A stretch of 64,000 nucleotides of DNA from an uncultured Gammaproteobacteria bacterium (GTDB lineage: Bacteria > Pseudomonadota > Gammaproteobacteria > UBA9214), in NCBI GenBank assembly GCA_963701505.1, contig CAVOZZ010000004.1, positions 160,472 to 224,471 on the forward strand, in the 5' to 3' direction. Below the pieces are notes generated by a model. That model had not been told where the DNA came from. It searched no databases and saw only the letters and a list, made by a program, of their open reading frames with translations. The translations under genes were made by a program, and so were the position numbers. Positions 43,001 through 52,163 of this stretch are shown in pieces. Every line of letters begins with the position of its first letter. Position 1 is the stretch's first letter.

Positions 43001-45898
43001 GAATATTTCCAGCAGTGATGTCTCGCTTTCTTCATCACACGCAGAAACGGCATCTGCATATGACTCGTCTACCGGGTCAGATGATACAACTTCAATATCA
43101 CCACTATCGGTAATCTCATCTACAATTTCTGATTCGAAAGCCTCACCACGACTCAATGCCTCCGCATGCAACACCATGTGCGCAGTGTCAATTACCGGAG
43201 CAGCACCACCCTGAACCTCCACAACCAGTTGCGACAGGGCATCGGGGACACTTGAGAGGAGAGATCGAAGGGAATCATTTACTTTTACAGTCCCTTCTAT
43301 AACTTTGTTTAACAAATTCTCCAGATACCATGAAAACTCCCCGACCACCATTGCACCGGCCATTCGGCCACTGCCCTTCAGGGTATGCAAACTCCGGCGC
43401 ATGCTAGCAAGTGCATCATTATTTTCTGGCTGTTCTAACCATGCAGAAAGTGCCGTAGCAATGTTGATGATTTCTTCCGCAGCCTCTTCCAGGAATATCT
43501 CTACTATTTCGGAATCTGCCTCCGGAGATAACACTGAAAGTTCCATAAATGGTTGCGGCTGATTCTCTACAGATTCCTTGACCTCATCATCGGCGTTGAA
43601 ATCCTGCTCTTCCGGGTCCAACACCGGCGAGAGCTCGAGAATATGCTCATAGGTCTCTTCAGAATCTACATTATTAATCTTTGCATCTGGATTACTGTTG
43701 ATGAGCGCACGTCTGGCAAGATCGTTGATGTCCATTTCATGCTCTATCACGCCACCCTTAACCTGCTGAAGTAACTGAGCAAGCGCCGCCACAGAATCGG
43801 CCAGTATTAATTTGATGGCATCATGTGGCTCAACTGTGTTATCAATGAGCTTGTTGGCCAGGTTTTCAATAGTCCACGCAAATTCCCCAACAGCCAGTGC
43901 ACCAACCATACGGCCGCTGCCTTTCAGCGTATGAAAGGAGCGCCGTATATCTACAAGGTACTCATTCGCATCACTTGAGGTAGTCCACATTGGTATCAAT
44001 GCTGCAAGTTTCTGCAGTTCCTCGTCAGCCTCTTCTATGAAGATTTCAAGGATTTCCTCATCCACGTCAGGCGCGATGACCTGAAAACCGGTAATTCCCA
44101 CCACATCATTTAGATCAGAAACTTGTTGACTGGATGTGATTATCGTGTTTTCTGATTCATCTTCAGGCAGCTCCCCGGGATCCATCACAGATTCAGATTG
44201 CTCCTGCATATCTGCCGCACTAGATGTGCATGTACACTCATCGACAATCGGGCATGGATATCCGAGTTTCAACAGGCTTTTCTCGGCCACATCCAGTGCA
44301 TCACCGGCATGCCTGGGGTTTCCTGCCAACTCTTCGATATAAAACTCGATGCTGCAGATTGCATCTGCCAATGAATCGAGCTGGTCTTCATAGAGTGAAT
44401 GATGCCGTTCAATCAATTCATGCATTATAAACAGCCTGACCTGTTCCGTTGCAGCGGCTGCTCTGTTCTGGTCAGTCAATCTCAAACTACCACTGATTTT
44501 ATTGAGCAAGTCTGGAACAGCAGACAATAATTCGAAATCATCAGACGACTTCATGTACTCACTGATTGCATCCTTCGCAGTACCCATGCACGTAATGACT
44601 TCGCGCGTAACTGCATTGACCCCCTGTATGAATGCAGTGCTTTCTGGGTTTACTGCAGCGACATCACCTAATGCATCTTCAACTGATACCAGTGTGTTCG
44701 CCACTTGAAAAAACCATGAATCAGCAGGTGTACTATTATCTGAGATAGCCCCACGAAGTTCCCGCTCCTGTACAGCAATAGCATCGGCATACATCTCACT
44801 GCCAATCATGCCCAACGTGTTTGATAATGCATGCAAATCGTTGGCTATTGATATGTATAATTGTGCATCATCTTTACACTCCGTATTATTATCTAGTTGT
44901 TCCTTTATACGATTGATGTCACTGCGGACTGTGGCAGCAACCGTCTCCATCAGTTCCTCATTGCAGGCAATCAGTTCGTCACTAACTGAATCTGTCGCAT
45001 CACTGCCACCTGACAGTTGCCTGATCCCATAGGTCTCCCTGATTAATCTGATCCTCTCTGAATCCGACGTTACCTGGGCTACTCTGAATAACAGGTTTTT
45101 CATAAGTTCATCTGACAACACATCGTCAAACACTGCTTCCCCTGCATCCATCAAGCGCTTGATCTGCCGATCAAGCTGACCAAACAGTTGTTTCGTTCCA
45201 GGAGATGTTTCCAGCATACCGTCACGGAGCGCCTCTGCCACACCAGCTCCCACCCACCAGATACGTGCTGCCGGCTCACTGGCAGCACACTTCTGTAAAT
45301 GCACCAGAACATCTATAAGGTTTTGCAGGCCGTTATTACCCTCTGCATTCCTGTACCACTCAAGCAATCCACTCTGAAATCGAACGCGTGCGGCACGTGC
45401 CATGGATGGCACATCCTCTCTGACAGGATTTGCGCGAACATCAAAAACCGAAGTCGGCACACGAACTGACAGATTCGGTGAAAAAATGTCAGTTTGCAGC
45501 AAGGGGCTTACATCACGGGTTGCACGAAGACCGTTAATCAAATGCAGAAGCACTTCCGGATTATCACGGCCACCCGACTGAATACTCGACAGATAATCTG
45601 GCAACTGCAGAAATGCCTGCATTAACAGCTCCATTGCAGTATCAGGTTGTTCGACTATCCCCTGTTGCAAGTCTGCAACAACTTCTTCCATTTCGGTCGT
45701 CAGCAGAACTGCACCCTTGATATCCACCATTTTCAAAGGTCCGAGGGCCTCATGTAATTGCGTTGCACAACGGCGCAATGGCATCACGTTGGCCGGATCT
45801 GTGGCATATTCTTCCAGCAGCAATCGCGCCTGGTTGATGGTTTCCCCAAGTTCCTGACGAATCCAGCTGAGCGCATTGTAATCTATAGCTTCGTGCAT
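40040..45898 (-). CDS. chpA: ChpA-type hybrid histidine kinase (multiple Hpt domains, HATPase, CheW, receiver)
   Basis: Intact at 1952 aa. Hpt-type His motifs are at aa 49 (QLHEALGPLKMV), 356 (DLHALSNTLGMIG), 656 (SFHTLKGSGRMVG), 838 (SLHTLKGSGRMAG), 999 (ALHTLSGISE) and 1169 (QLHTIKGGARMV). The CheA-like dimerisation and ATPase region is 'APLEHMLRNAVAHGIE...DDGAGI...GRGVGMDVV...GYGTTFTVRLP'. A CheW domain and the C-terminal receiver 'VVDDS...LLDIEMPRMDG...GKPY' follow. Confidence 0.92.
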   Translation of the reverse strand: MHEAIDYNALSWIRQELGETINQARLLLEEYATDPANVMPLRRCATQLHEALGPLKMVDIKGAVLLTTEMEEVVADLQQGIVEQPDTAMELLMQAFLQLPDYLSSIQSGGRDNPEVLLHLINGLRATRDVSPLLQTDIFSPNLSVRVPTSVFDVRANPVREDVPSMARAARVRFQSGLLEWYRNAEGNNGLQNLIDVLVHLQKCAASEPAARIWWVGAGVAEALRDGMLETSPGTKQLFGQLDRQIKRLMDAGEAVFDDVLSDELMKNLLFRVAQVTSDSERIRLIRETYGIRQLSGGSDATDSVSDELIACNEELMETVAATVRSDINRIKEQLDNNTECKDDAQLYISIANDLHALSNTLGMIGSEMYADAIAVQERELRGAISDNSTPADSWFFQVANTLVSVEDALGDVAAVNPESTAFIQGVNAVTREVITCMGTAKDAISEYMKSSDDFELLSAVPDLLNKISGSLRLTDQNRAAAATEQVRLFIMHELIERHHSLYEDQLDSLADAICSIEFYIEELAGNPRHAGDALDVAEKSLLKLGYPCPIVDECTCTSSAADMQEQSESVMDPGELPEDESENTIITSSQQVSDLNDVVGITGFQVIAPDVDEEILEIFIEEADEELQKLAALIPMWTTSSDANEYLVDIRRSFHTLKGSGRMVGALAVGEFAWTIENLANKLIDNTVEPHDAIKLILADSVAALAQLLQQVKGGVIEHEMDINDLARRALINSNPDAKINNVDSEETYEHILELSPVLDPEEQDFNADDEVKESVENQPQPFMELSVLSPEADSEIVEIFLEEAAEEIINIATALSAWLEQPENNDALASMRRSLHTLKGSGRMAGAMVVGEFSWYLENLLNKVIEGTVKVNDSLRSLLSSVPDALSQLVVEVQGGAAPVIDTAHMVLHAEALSRGEAFESEIVDEITDSGDIEVVSSDPVDESYADAVSACDEESETSLLEIFSAECWDHLQAIEEFIEESDESRVVSETLYRALHTLSGISESAEVVSIRELAGNLNDYFAGYYHTQQPVSQDAIEVLRACHAELAVVARQLPDIIYDEKNQQALSDQIAALPSADEQTGGDGVDATVPDPAGSETAATAVESVNAIHTTLAVEPDPFSDMDPELYEIFIEEASEIIDSSEVLLRAWSEEPQNNEYMTEFQRQLHTIKGGARMVDIQAIGDLSHVLESLITRIADGLIATSDELFALMQESQDRLSEMLEQVKSRQMPAVATQLQARLDALWQTESGNDTHEEIEGVSVSQCDASYEADTQAITVTSEESVQTQEPESANDMVVELAIDEGDATGCDTESVQDRKDDIELPDREHFTFPQKKERQQQARAHGEQVRVQSTLLDDMVNYAGEINIYRSRMEQQVSDYRYNLAELDQTITRLRDQLRLLEMETEAQILYRYEQEVDASNQEFDPLEMDRYSNLQQASRSLIESISDLRSLQELMENTTRESETLLLQQSRVSTDLQDGLMRSRMIPFSGLASRLRRIVRQSARQLGKKVDLELFGADGEMDRTVIDRVIAPLEHMLRNAVAHGIELPEQRKALDKKVEGLITITFDREGPEIVLRIEDDGAGINTEAIRERALERGLMVEGSQLSDYDVMQFILHTGFSTAAEVTQISGRGVGMDVVNSEVKQLGGSLHIESTAGYGTTFTVRLPYTLAINQALLVMAGNETFCVPLASIEGVVRANCEELAVCYRSDECLYYYAGNEYQLKHLGTLLNTSATGTAGTQKQVPVLLVRIGEKRIAVQVEALMGSREIVIKPVGAQLSKVDCISGATILGDGRVVMMLDMAAVARMNVRARLPEVPVDTDKESRLVIMVVDDSITVRKVTSRLLERNGFRILTAKDGIDAMGQLQDMVPDMMLLDIEMPRMDGFELATHMRNDARLKHVPIIMITSRTGDKHRERAQQIGVNNYLGKPYQESDLLDSIHRIIGVSAAGAVA

Positions 45899-46009
45899 AA
45901 TAACGTTCCTTGCAGTCTAACCAGACTGACAGTTCATGGGTCAGGTGAGATTTTATATACCTGCCATGTGCTACCAGGACTCAACAAATGATGAATAACT
46001 CATTGATGA

Positions 46010-48022
46010 TTACTGCGGCAGCTTAAAGCCAGTCACCGAGATATCCAGATCATGCGCCAACCTGGAAAGATTACCGATAGAACGCGCGGTTTGTTCAGTA
46101 CCTGTACTAGCCTGTGTAGTCATTTCCTGAATGCTGTTCATGCTGGCAGCAAGCTGGGTCGCGACATTCGCTTGCTGACGTGCAGAACTGGAAATATTCT
46201 GAATCAGGCCTGCAAGCTGGTCTGAAACTGACTCGATCTCTTCCAAAGCACTACCCGCATCCTCAGCGATTTGCGCACCATTAACCACACCAGTGGTACT
46301 TTTCTCCATTGATATAACAGCTTCGTGAGTATCTGCTTGAATGGTCTTTACCAGCGCCTCTATCTGCTTGGTCGCATTTGCAGAACGTTCGGCCAGACGC
46401 TGCACTTCATCAGCAACGACTGCGAATCCCCGGCCGGCTTCGCCTGCCATGGCTGCCTGAATAGATGCGTTCAGGGCGAGAATATTGGTTTGTTCGGCAA
46501 TATCGTTAATCAGCTCAACGATGTCACCAATTTCCTGTGAACTCTCACCCAGTCTTTTAATACGCTTCGATGTTTCCTGAATATGTTCACGAATTGTATC
46601 CATGCCATCCATGGTTCGTTTCACTGCTTCACCTCCTTTTTTCGCGATTTCTACAGAGCGCATTGCAACCTTGGAGGATTCACTCGCCTCATTCGATACA
46701 CCATCCATAGATACTGACATTTCACTAATTGAAGATCCTGCGACGGAAATATCATGAGACTGTCGCTTGCTTGCCTCAGACAACTGACTCGCAATTTGCT
46801 CGGTTTCATGTACCGATGAGGAAAGCTGAGTAGACGTATCATTAATTGTCTTTACCAGGGCACGTAATGATTCAACAGTAACGTTTATTGAATCTGCAAT
46901 GGCCCCAGTAAAATCCTCGCTAACAGTCGTTTTTACTGTCAGATCACCTGCAGCCAGATCACCGATCTCGTCCAGCAGTCGCATAATGGCCTCCTGGTTA
47001 CGAGTATTCTCTGCCTCAATAAGTTGGCTGCGCCGACGCTGACTTACCAGCGTCTCATATGCCATCAAAAAAACCATAAGAAGCGCCAATGCACCCATAA
47101 AATAGGCTAACTCGGTCGATACGACACGTCCGACAGGCGCTGCGAGAAGTACAGACTTGAGATCCTCGACAGCCTCAAACAACGCCTCACTCTGTGTAGT
47201 AATTTCAGCTGCTGCTGTCTGAATCCCGACTATTTCTTCCGCATTTTCAACGATCGAACCAACATTGTCGCTGACCCTACTGAACAGCAGGGCTATTTTC
47301 TGAATCCTGGACTGTAAAGCATCGCCTTTCAGTTGCTGAATCCCGCCGGTGCCTCGCATAAAACCGTCCAGTACACGACCAAACTCACGGGTATCCTCGG
47401 CAAAGGCGACAGCTGCAGATTCGGTTACCTTGCCCGTCATTACTGCATTCAGGCTATTCACAATGCGCTGCCCAAGTATCGCCTGCTCCGTAGCGAGACG
47501 TACTTCTGCAGCGCTGGCACCATTCTTCATCAGTTCATCAACAATTCCGCTGGTATGCTCCATTAGCTGAGGCATGACCTCATTCATTAGACTTGTCGCT
47601 TCCGCCATTGCCATAATCAGAAACTGGCCTTCCAGTACCTCATCGATGTTATTACGGAAGCCGCTCCAGTGATTATCCAGGTTGACCAGCGCGAGACGCT
47701 CTGGCGTCTCACTCACGCCATCCCCATCACCGTAGGCAGCCATTTGCGCATCCAGTATTGCCGAGAATTTATTTTTCGATGTCTCTAACCGAACAAATGC
47801 GTCCGCCTCACCTGTAGAGGCAGATAGTGCATACTTTGCAATACGTTGCGACAATACAAGCTGCTCTCCAACATCAGCTAGCCTCACCTGGTCTATCTCA
47901 ACCTCATGCCCGACCTTCACGAAGGTCCAGACCATGGCCCAGATTGCACATAGCATCAGGAAGGCAAGAACCTTCATCTTGTTACTTGCACCCAACTTTT
48001 CCACATCAAACATAGTTTTCAT
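46010..48022 (-). CDS. pilJ: Methyl-accepting chemotaxis protein PilJ
   Basis: 670 aa with two TM segments flanking a periplasmic PilJ-like domain and a HAMP domain. The MCP signalling hairpin is 'IVELINDIAEQTNILALNASIQAAMAGEAGRGFAVVADEVQRLAERS'. Its position is between pilI and chpA. Confidence 0.9.
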   Translation of the reverse strand: MKTMFDVEKLGASNKMKVLAFLMLCAIWAMVWTFVKVGHEVEIDQVRLADVGEQLVLSQRIAKYALSASTGEADAFVRLETSKNKFSAILDAQMAAYGDGDGVSETPERLALVNLDNHWSGFRNNIDEVLEGQFLIMAMAEATSLMNEVMPQLMEHTSGIVDELMKNGASAAEVRLATEQAILGQRIVNSLNAVMTGKVTESAAVAFAEDTREFGRVLDGFMRGTGGIQQLKGDALQSRIQKIALLFSRVSDNVGSIVENAEEIVGIQTAAAEITTQSEALFEAVEDLKSVLLAAPVGRVVSTELAYFMGALALLMVFLMAYETLVSQRRRSQLIEAENTRNQEAIMRLLDEIGDLAAGDLTVKTTVSEDFTGAIADSINVTVESLRALVKTINDTSTQLSSSVHETEQIASQLSEASKRQSHDISVAGSSISEMSVSMDGVSNEASESSKVAMRSVEIAKKGGEAVKRTMDGMDTIREHIQETSKRIKRLGESSQEIGDIVELINDIAEQTNILALNASIQAAMAGEAGRGFAVVADEVQRLAERSANATKQIEALVKTIQADTHEAVISMEKSTTGVVNGAQIAEDAGSALEEIESVSDQLAGLIQNISSSARQQANVATQLAASMNSIQEMTTQASTGTEQTARSIGNLSRLAHDLDISVTGFKLPQ

Positions 48023-48093
48023 GGCCTATCTCCTGACCCATAAGTACAAATAGAAAAATAAAAGCTATTAAAGGCACCCTGTTATTCAGACAG

Positions 48094-48639
48094 CTAGACA
48101 GCTACCTGTAAAAACAGTGGCGACTCAACCAGCGAAGCCAGGCTGAACACCCCCCAAACCTTGTCTCCCTTGCGAAACCAATTTCTCATATATGGACGTA
48201 ATTCATCATCCAACACGGCTTCTTCATCAGTAAGCTCGTTTTCAATAAAATGTTTGAGACCAAGAACTTCATCTACGACGAGCCCGGAATAAATATCATT
48301 AAAATTGATTACCAATACCCTGGTCTTGTGAGTCACTCTAGGCAATCCATTACCCAGGTAGCCATTAAGATCTATAATCGGAAGTAAATTTCCGCGAACG
48401 TTTGCAATACCGCGCACCCATGGCTGGGTAAGGGGAACAACGGACAGTTGTGGATAATCAAGTATCTCTACAACATCATCCAGCGGGGCTATCAGCTTGT
48501 TGCGACCTAACCGGAATGCAATACCCGTCCATTCGCTTGACTCCTCGGTCTTGCGCGGCAAGTCACTTTCACAGCCACGACAGTACTCCTCTATTTCCTT
48601 GAGAAGATCGACCGGATTTACCTGCTTCTGCTCTGACAT
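48094..48639 (-). CDS. pilI: CheW-like protein PilI
   Basis: 181 aa with CheW-domain motifs: 'WTGIAFRLGRNKLIAPL...PWVRGIANVRGNLLPIIDL...RVLVI'. It follows pilH by 6 nt. Confidence 0.85.
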   Translation of the reverse strand: MSEQKQVNPVDLLKEIEEYCRGCESDLPRKTEESSEWTGIAFRLGRNKLIAPLDDVVEILDYPQLSVVPLTQPWVRGIANVRGNLLPIIDLNGYLGNGLPRVTHKTRVLVINFNDIYSGLVVDEVLGLKHFIENELTDEEAVLDDELRPYMRNWFRKGDKVWGVFSLASLVESPLFLQVAV

Positions 48640-48645
48640 TTTCAG

Positions 48646-49011
48646 TTACGCTATCAGCGCCTCTTTGATAAGACTCATTAATGTGCCTTCCTTAACCGGT
48701 TTGGTAATATAGTCACGTGCCCCCTGACGCATACCCCATACTCTATCAACCTGCTGATCTTTCCGGGTCACAATGATCACCGGGATAGCAGACGTCTCCG
48801 GATCCGATGACAGTTCACGGGTTGCCTGAAAGCCGTTCAGCCCGGGCATTACAACATCCATAAGTATCAGGTCTGGTCTTTCACGCCTGGCAACCTGTAT
48901 ACCCTCATCTGCATCTGATGCAGTAAGAGTTTTGAACCCGTTCTTTTCCAGAATTTTCTTCAACAGATGCATATCCGTAGGAGAATCATCAACAATCATT
49001 ATTTGTGTCAT
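48646..49011 (-). CDS. pilH: Single-domain response regulator PilH
   Basis: 121-aa CheY-like receiver: 'IMIVDDSPTD', 'LILMDVVMPGLNG', 'ITKP'. Its position after pilG matches pilH. Confidence 0.88.
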   Translation of the reverse strand: MTQIMIVDDSPTDMHLLKKILEKNGFKTLTASDADEGIQVARRERPDLILMDVVMPGLNGFQATRELSSDPETSAIPVIIVTRKDQQVDRVWGMRQGARDYITKPVKEGTLMSLIKEALIA

Positions 49012-49049
49012 CGTAGCGCCTCGTCTTCAGATCAACTGAATTACATTTT

Positions 49050-49505
49050 CTAGTCGGAGTTATCTGTATGCTGCTCGATTACTGTCAATAACTCTTCACG
49101 GGTAAAGGGCTTGGTAATGTAGTCATCCGATCCAACTACCCTGCCCCTTGCTCTATCAAACAGGCCATCCTTGCTTGAGAGCATGATGACAGGCGTATGC
49201 CGGAATACTCGATGATGTTTGATCAACGCACACGTCTGGTAACCATCCAGCCGCGGCATCATGATATCCAGCAGGATGAGATTGGGTTGATGATCAGCAA
49301 TCATGCTTAGCGCCTCGAATCCATCTGTAGCCGTGATCACCTCAAAACCTTCTTTTTTCAAAAGTGTCTCTGCAGTCCGGCGGATCGTTTTACTGTCATC
49401 AATCACCATAACCTTAAAGCTTTTCCCAGCCACTCCATCCACAACCCCTGCATCAGGTTTACCAACCGCTTCTTTTACTTCATCTGTCGGGACCGTACTC
49501 TGCAT
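49050..49505 (-). CDS. pilG: Single-domain response regulator PilG
   Basis: Receiver domain with an N-terminal extension: 'VMVIDDSKTIRR', 'LILLDIMMPRLDGYQTCALIK', 'ITKPFT'. It is divergent from gshB, as in Pseudomonas (from memory). Confidence 0.88.
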   Translation of the reverse strand: MQSTVPTDEVKEAVGKPDAGVVDGVAGKSFKVMVIDDSKTIRRTAETLLKKEGFEVITATDGFEALSMIADHQPNLILLDIMMPRLDGYQTCALIKHHRVFRHTPVIMLSSKDGLFDRARGRVVGSDDYITKPFTREELLTVIEQHTDNSD

Positions 49506-49721
49506 GACGACCTCTTTGCATTTGATTTACATGTACTTTATTCTTGAACCCACGCCGGGGGCTCTATCCGGACACCTGGGTCACTATCCGTGCCCCGGCA
49601 AAAGACTTAATCTAGTACCAGCTGTCTGCTACACCGGTTTATCGTCAATCGAGTTGCAAACTTTATCTTGTACTGTCATACAGATAGCAGACCACTACAC
49701 GACATTAAAGACAGGTAATCT

Positions 49722-50672
49722 ATGAGTATCAAACTTGGCATCGTCATGGATCCCATCGGGTCCATTAATGTCCGCAAGGACAGTTCACTGGCAATGTTAC
49801 TGGCGGCCCAGAAACGTGGCTGGGAACTGTACTATATGGAACAGCGTGACCTGTTTCTGGATGGAGATCGCTGCCATGCATTACTGACATGCCTTGATGT
49901 CCAGGATGACGAAAATGACTGGTACACCCTGTCAGACAAACGTACCGCCCCACTTGATGAACTTGATGTCGTCCTGATGCGCAAGGATCCTCCCGTGAAC
50001 ATGGAATTCATCTATACGACTTTCATGCTGCAACGAGCCGAGGCATACGGTGTACTTGTAGTTAATAATCCTGGCGCCATTCGTAATGCCAGCGAAAAAC
50101 TCTATACCGCATGGTTTTCACAATGTGGCCCGCCCACACGAGTAAGCCGTGAAATAGCGCGCTTAAAGGAATTTCTTGACGAGCAGGATGACATAATCGT
50201 CAAGCCACTTGATGGCATGGGTGGCGCTTCTGTGTTTCGTGTCCGCAGGAGTGATCCGAACCTGAATGTCATTCTTGAGACCATCACCGGCAACGGCACT
50301 ACAAGCGCCATGGCGCAACGCTATATCCCTGAAATATCAGCAGGAGATAAACGCATCCTGATGATTGACGGAAAACCCTTTCCTCATGCACTGGCACGGA
50401 TACCGGCTAGCGGGGAAACGCGCGGCAATCTGGCTGCCGGAGGCAGAGGTGAGGGGGTGAACCTCAGCAAGCGCGACCACTGGATATGTGAACAGGTAGG
50501 CCCCTCCTTGCGTGAGCAGGGGCTGATGTTTGTGGGCCTGGATGTCATTGGTGATTATCTGACTGAAATCAATGTCACCAGCCCAACCTGCATCCGCGAA
50601 CTTGATTCGATCTATAATGCAGACATTGCCGGACAATTGCTGGATACAATCGTTACCCGTCTGGACAAATGA
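49722..50672 (+). CDS. gshB: Glutathione synthetase
   Basis: 'MSIKLGIVMDPIGSINVRKDSSLAMLLAAQKRGWELYYME' and the ATP-grasp part 'IVKPLDGMGGASVFR...MAQRYIPEI..GDKRILMIDG...EINVTSPT' are present. Confidence 0.93.
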   Translation: MSIKLGIVMDPIGSINVRKDSSLAMLLAAQKRGWELYYMEQRDLFLDGDRCHALLTCLDVQDDENDWYTLSDKRTAPLDELDVVLMRKDPPVNMEFIYTTFMLQRAEAYGVLVVNNPGAIRNASEKLYTAWFSQCGPPTRVSREIARLKEFLDEQDDIIVKPLDGMGGASVFRVRRSDPNLNVILETITGNGTTSAMAQRYIPEISAGDKRILMIDGKPFPHALARIPASGETRGNLAAGGRGEGVNLSKRDHWICEQVGPSLREQGLMFVGLDVIGDYLTEINVTSPTCIRELDSIYNADIAGQLLDTIVTRLDK

Positions 50673-51718
50673 CAAAACAGCTCATTCGAGTGGCTTGCCT
50701 GCTGCTGGCGCTCGCTGACAGCGGCTGCGGTCAGCATAAGGACCCGATCTTTCACGACCAGTTTTTTGCATTTGGCACACTCATTGATGTCAGTCTGTAC
50801 GGCGTTGAACCGCAGCTCGCCGAATCCATATGCAGACAAATTGAAATGGATTTCATCGATATGCATGTCAACTGGCATGCCTGGCAACCCGGCCCGCTCG
50901 CATCCCTGAATGAACGTCTGGCTACTCTCGAGCCAGCCACGACTGCACCATCCATGCTGCAGTTACTCAAGGAGGCTAACAGGCTGTCCCGGCTGAGTAC
51001 AGGCTTGTTCAATCCAGTCATCGGGAATCTCGTCGCGCTCTGGGGCTTTCACGACAATGCCCTGCCGATCGGGATATTACCCGACAGTGCGGCAATCAAG
51101 GAACTGGTTGCACAGGCCCCCTCTGTAGAGGATGTGGCCATTAGTGACACGTTTGTTACAAGCCATAACCCGTCTGTCTCCTACGATCTGGGTGGCTTTG
51201 CCAAGGGCTATGCAATCGACCGTGCCATTGAACGTTTGCGCGAGTCGGGAATCCAGAACGCCATCATCAATGCCGGTGGAGACTTGCGAGCAATTGGACA
51301 ACATGGTGAAAGACCGTGGCGCATTGGTATTCGTCACCCACGGGAAACCGGCATTCTTGCCAGCCTCGAGGTATCCGGTGACGCCAGCGTCTTCACATCC
51401 GGAGACTATGAACGTTTTTTCGAGGTAGATGGCAGGCGCTATCACCATATTATCGATCCACGTACCGGCTACCCGGCAAACAACACCGCCTCTGTCACCG
51501 TTATTCACAGCGATGCAGCCACCGCAGATGCTGCTGCCACCGCATTATTTGTCGCGGGTCCGGATGAATGGCTGTCTACAGCACATAACATGGGCATACG
51601 GTATGTCATGCTGATAGACACGCAAGGAACCATTCATATGAACCCGGCAATGAAGTCACGCATCCATTTTGAACCTGGTATACATGCAAGCATCAGCCTG
51701 AGCGCACCACTACAATGA
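50669..51718 (+). CDS. apbE: FAD:protein FMN transferase (ApbE family), probably lipoprotein or secreted
   Basis: 'FNPVIGNLVALWGF', 'LGGFAKGYAIDRA', 'INAGGDLRAIG', 'WRIGIRHPR', 'SVFTSGDYERFF...YHHIIDPRTGYP' and 'TADAAATALFVAG' are present. The ATG overlaps the gshB stop (ATGA). Confidence 0.9.
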   Translation: MTKQLIRVACLLLALADSGCGQHKDPIFHDQFFAFGTLIDVSLYGVEPQLAESICRQIEMDFIDMHVNWHAWQPGPLASLNERLATLEPATTAPSMLQLLKEANRLSRLSTGLFNPVIGNLVALWGFHDNALPIGILPDSAAIKELVAQAPSVEDVAISDTFVTSHNPSVSYDLGGFAKGYAIDRAIERLRESGIQNAIINAGGDLRAIGQHGERPWRIGIRHPRETGILASLEVSGDASVFTSGDYERFFEVDGRRYHHIIDPRTGYPANNTASVTVIHSDAATADAAATALFVAGPDEWLSTAHNMGIRYVMLIDTQGTIHMNPAMKSRIHFEPGIHASISLSAPLQ

Positions 51719-52074
51719 CCCGAGCCGACCGCATCCTGATCCTGGTGATCGTGTGCACCCTGCCTTTTTTATATACGCAGCTGTGGTTTGGTAGTGAACC
51801 AGCAGACTATGTCCTCATTCGTAGTGGCAGTAACGACCCGGTTACCGAAACACTGCAGCATAACCGTAGGTTACATTTTGCGGGGCCACTCGGCGAGAGC
51901 GTTATCGAAATCAGGGATGGTCGCACACGATTTGTCAGTTCCCCGTGTAAATCACAGGTCTGTGTTCATAGCGGCTGGTTATCAAGCACAGGTGAATTCA
52001 CTGCCTGTTTGCCTAACCGTATCAGCCTGACTCTCTCAGGCCAATACCGACACTTTGATGCGATAAATTTTTGA
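51715..52074 (+). CDS. NusG domain II-containing small membrane protein (DUF1312-like)
   Basis: 119 aa. An N-terminal TM segment is followed by 'GESVIEIRDGRTRFVSSPCKSQVCVHSGWLSSTGEFTACLPNRISLTL', which has the CxxxC...C pattern typical of this family (from memory). The ATG overlaps the apbE stop. Confidence 0.7.
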   Translation: MTRADRILILVIVCTLPFLYTQLWFGSEPADYVLIRSGSNDPVTETLQHNRRLHFAGPLGESVIEIRDGRTRFVSSPCKSQVCVHSGWLSSTGEFTACLPNRISLTLSGQYRHFDAINF

Positions 52075-52163
52075 ACCCGAAAATGACTTACCAAATGCCA
52101 TTAGCTGCGTTTATGAAAAAGAGACGAATAACCGTCTCTTTTATGACAAAGCCACAACTTATT

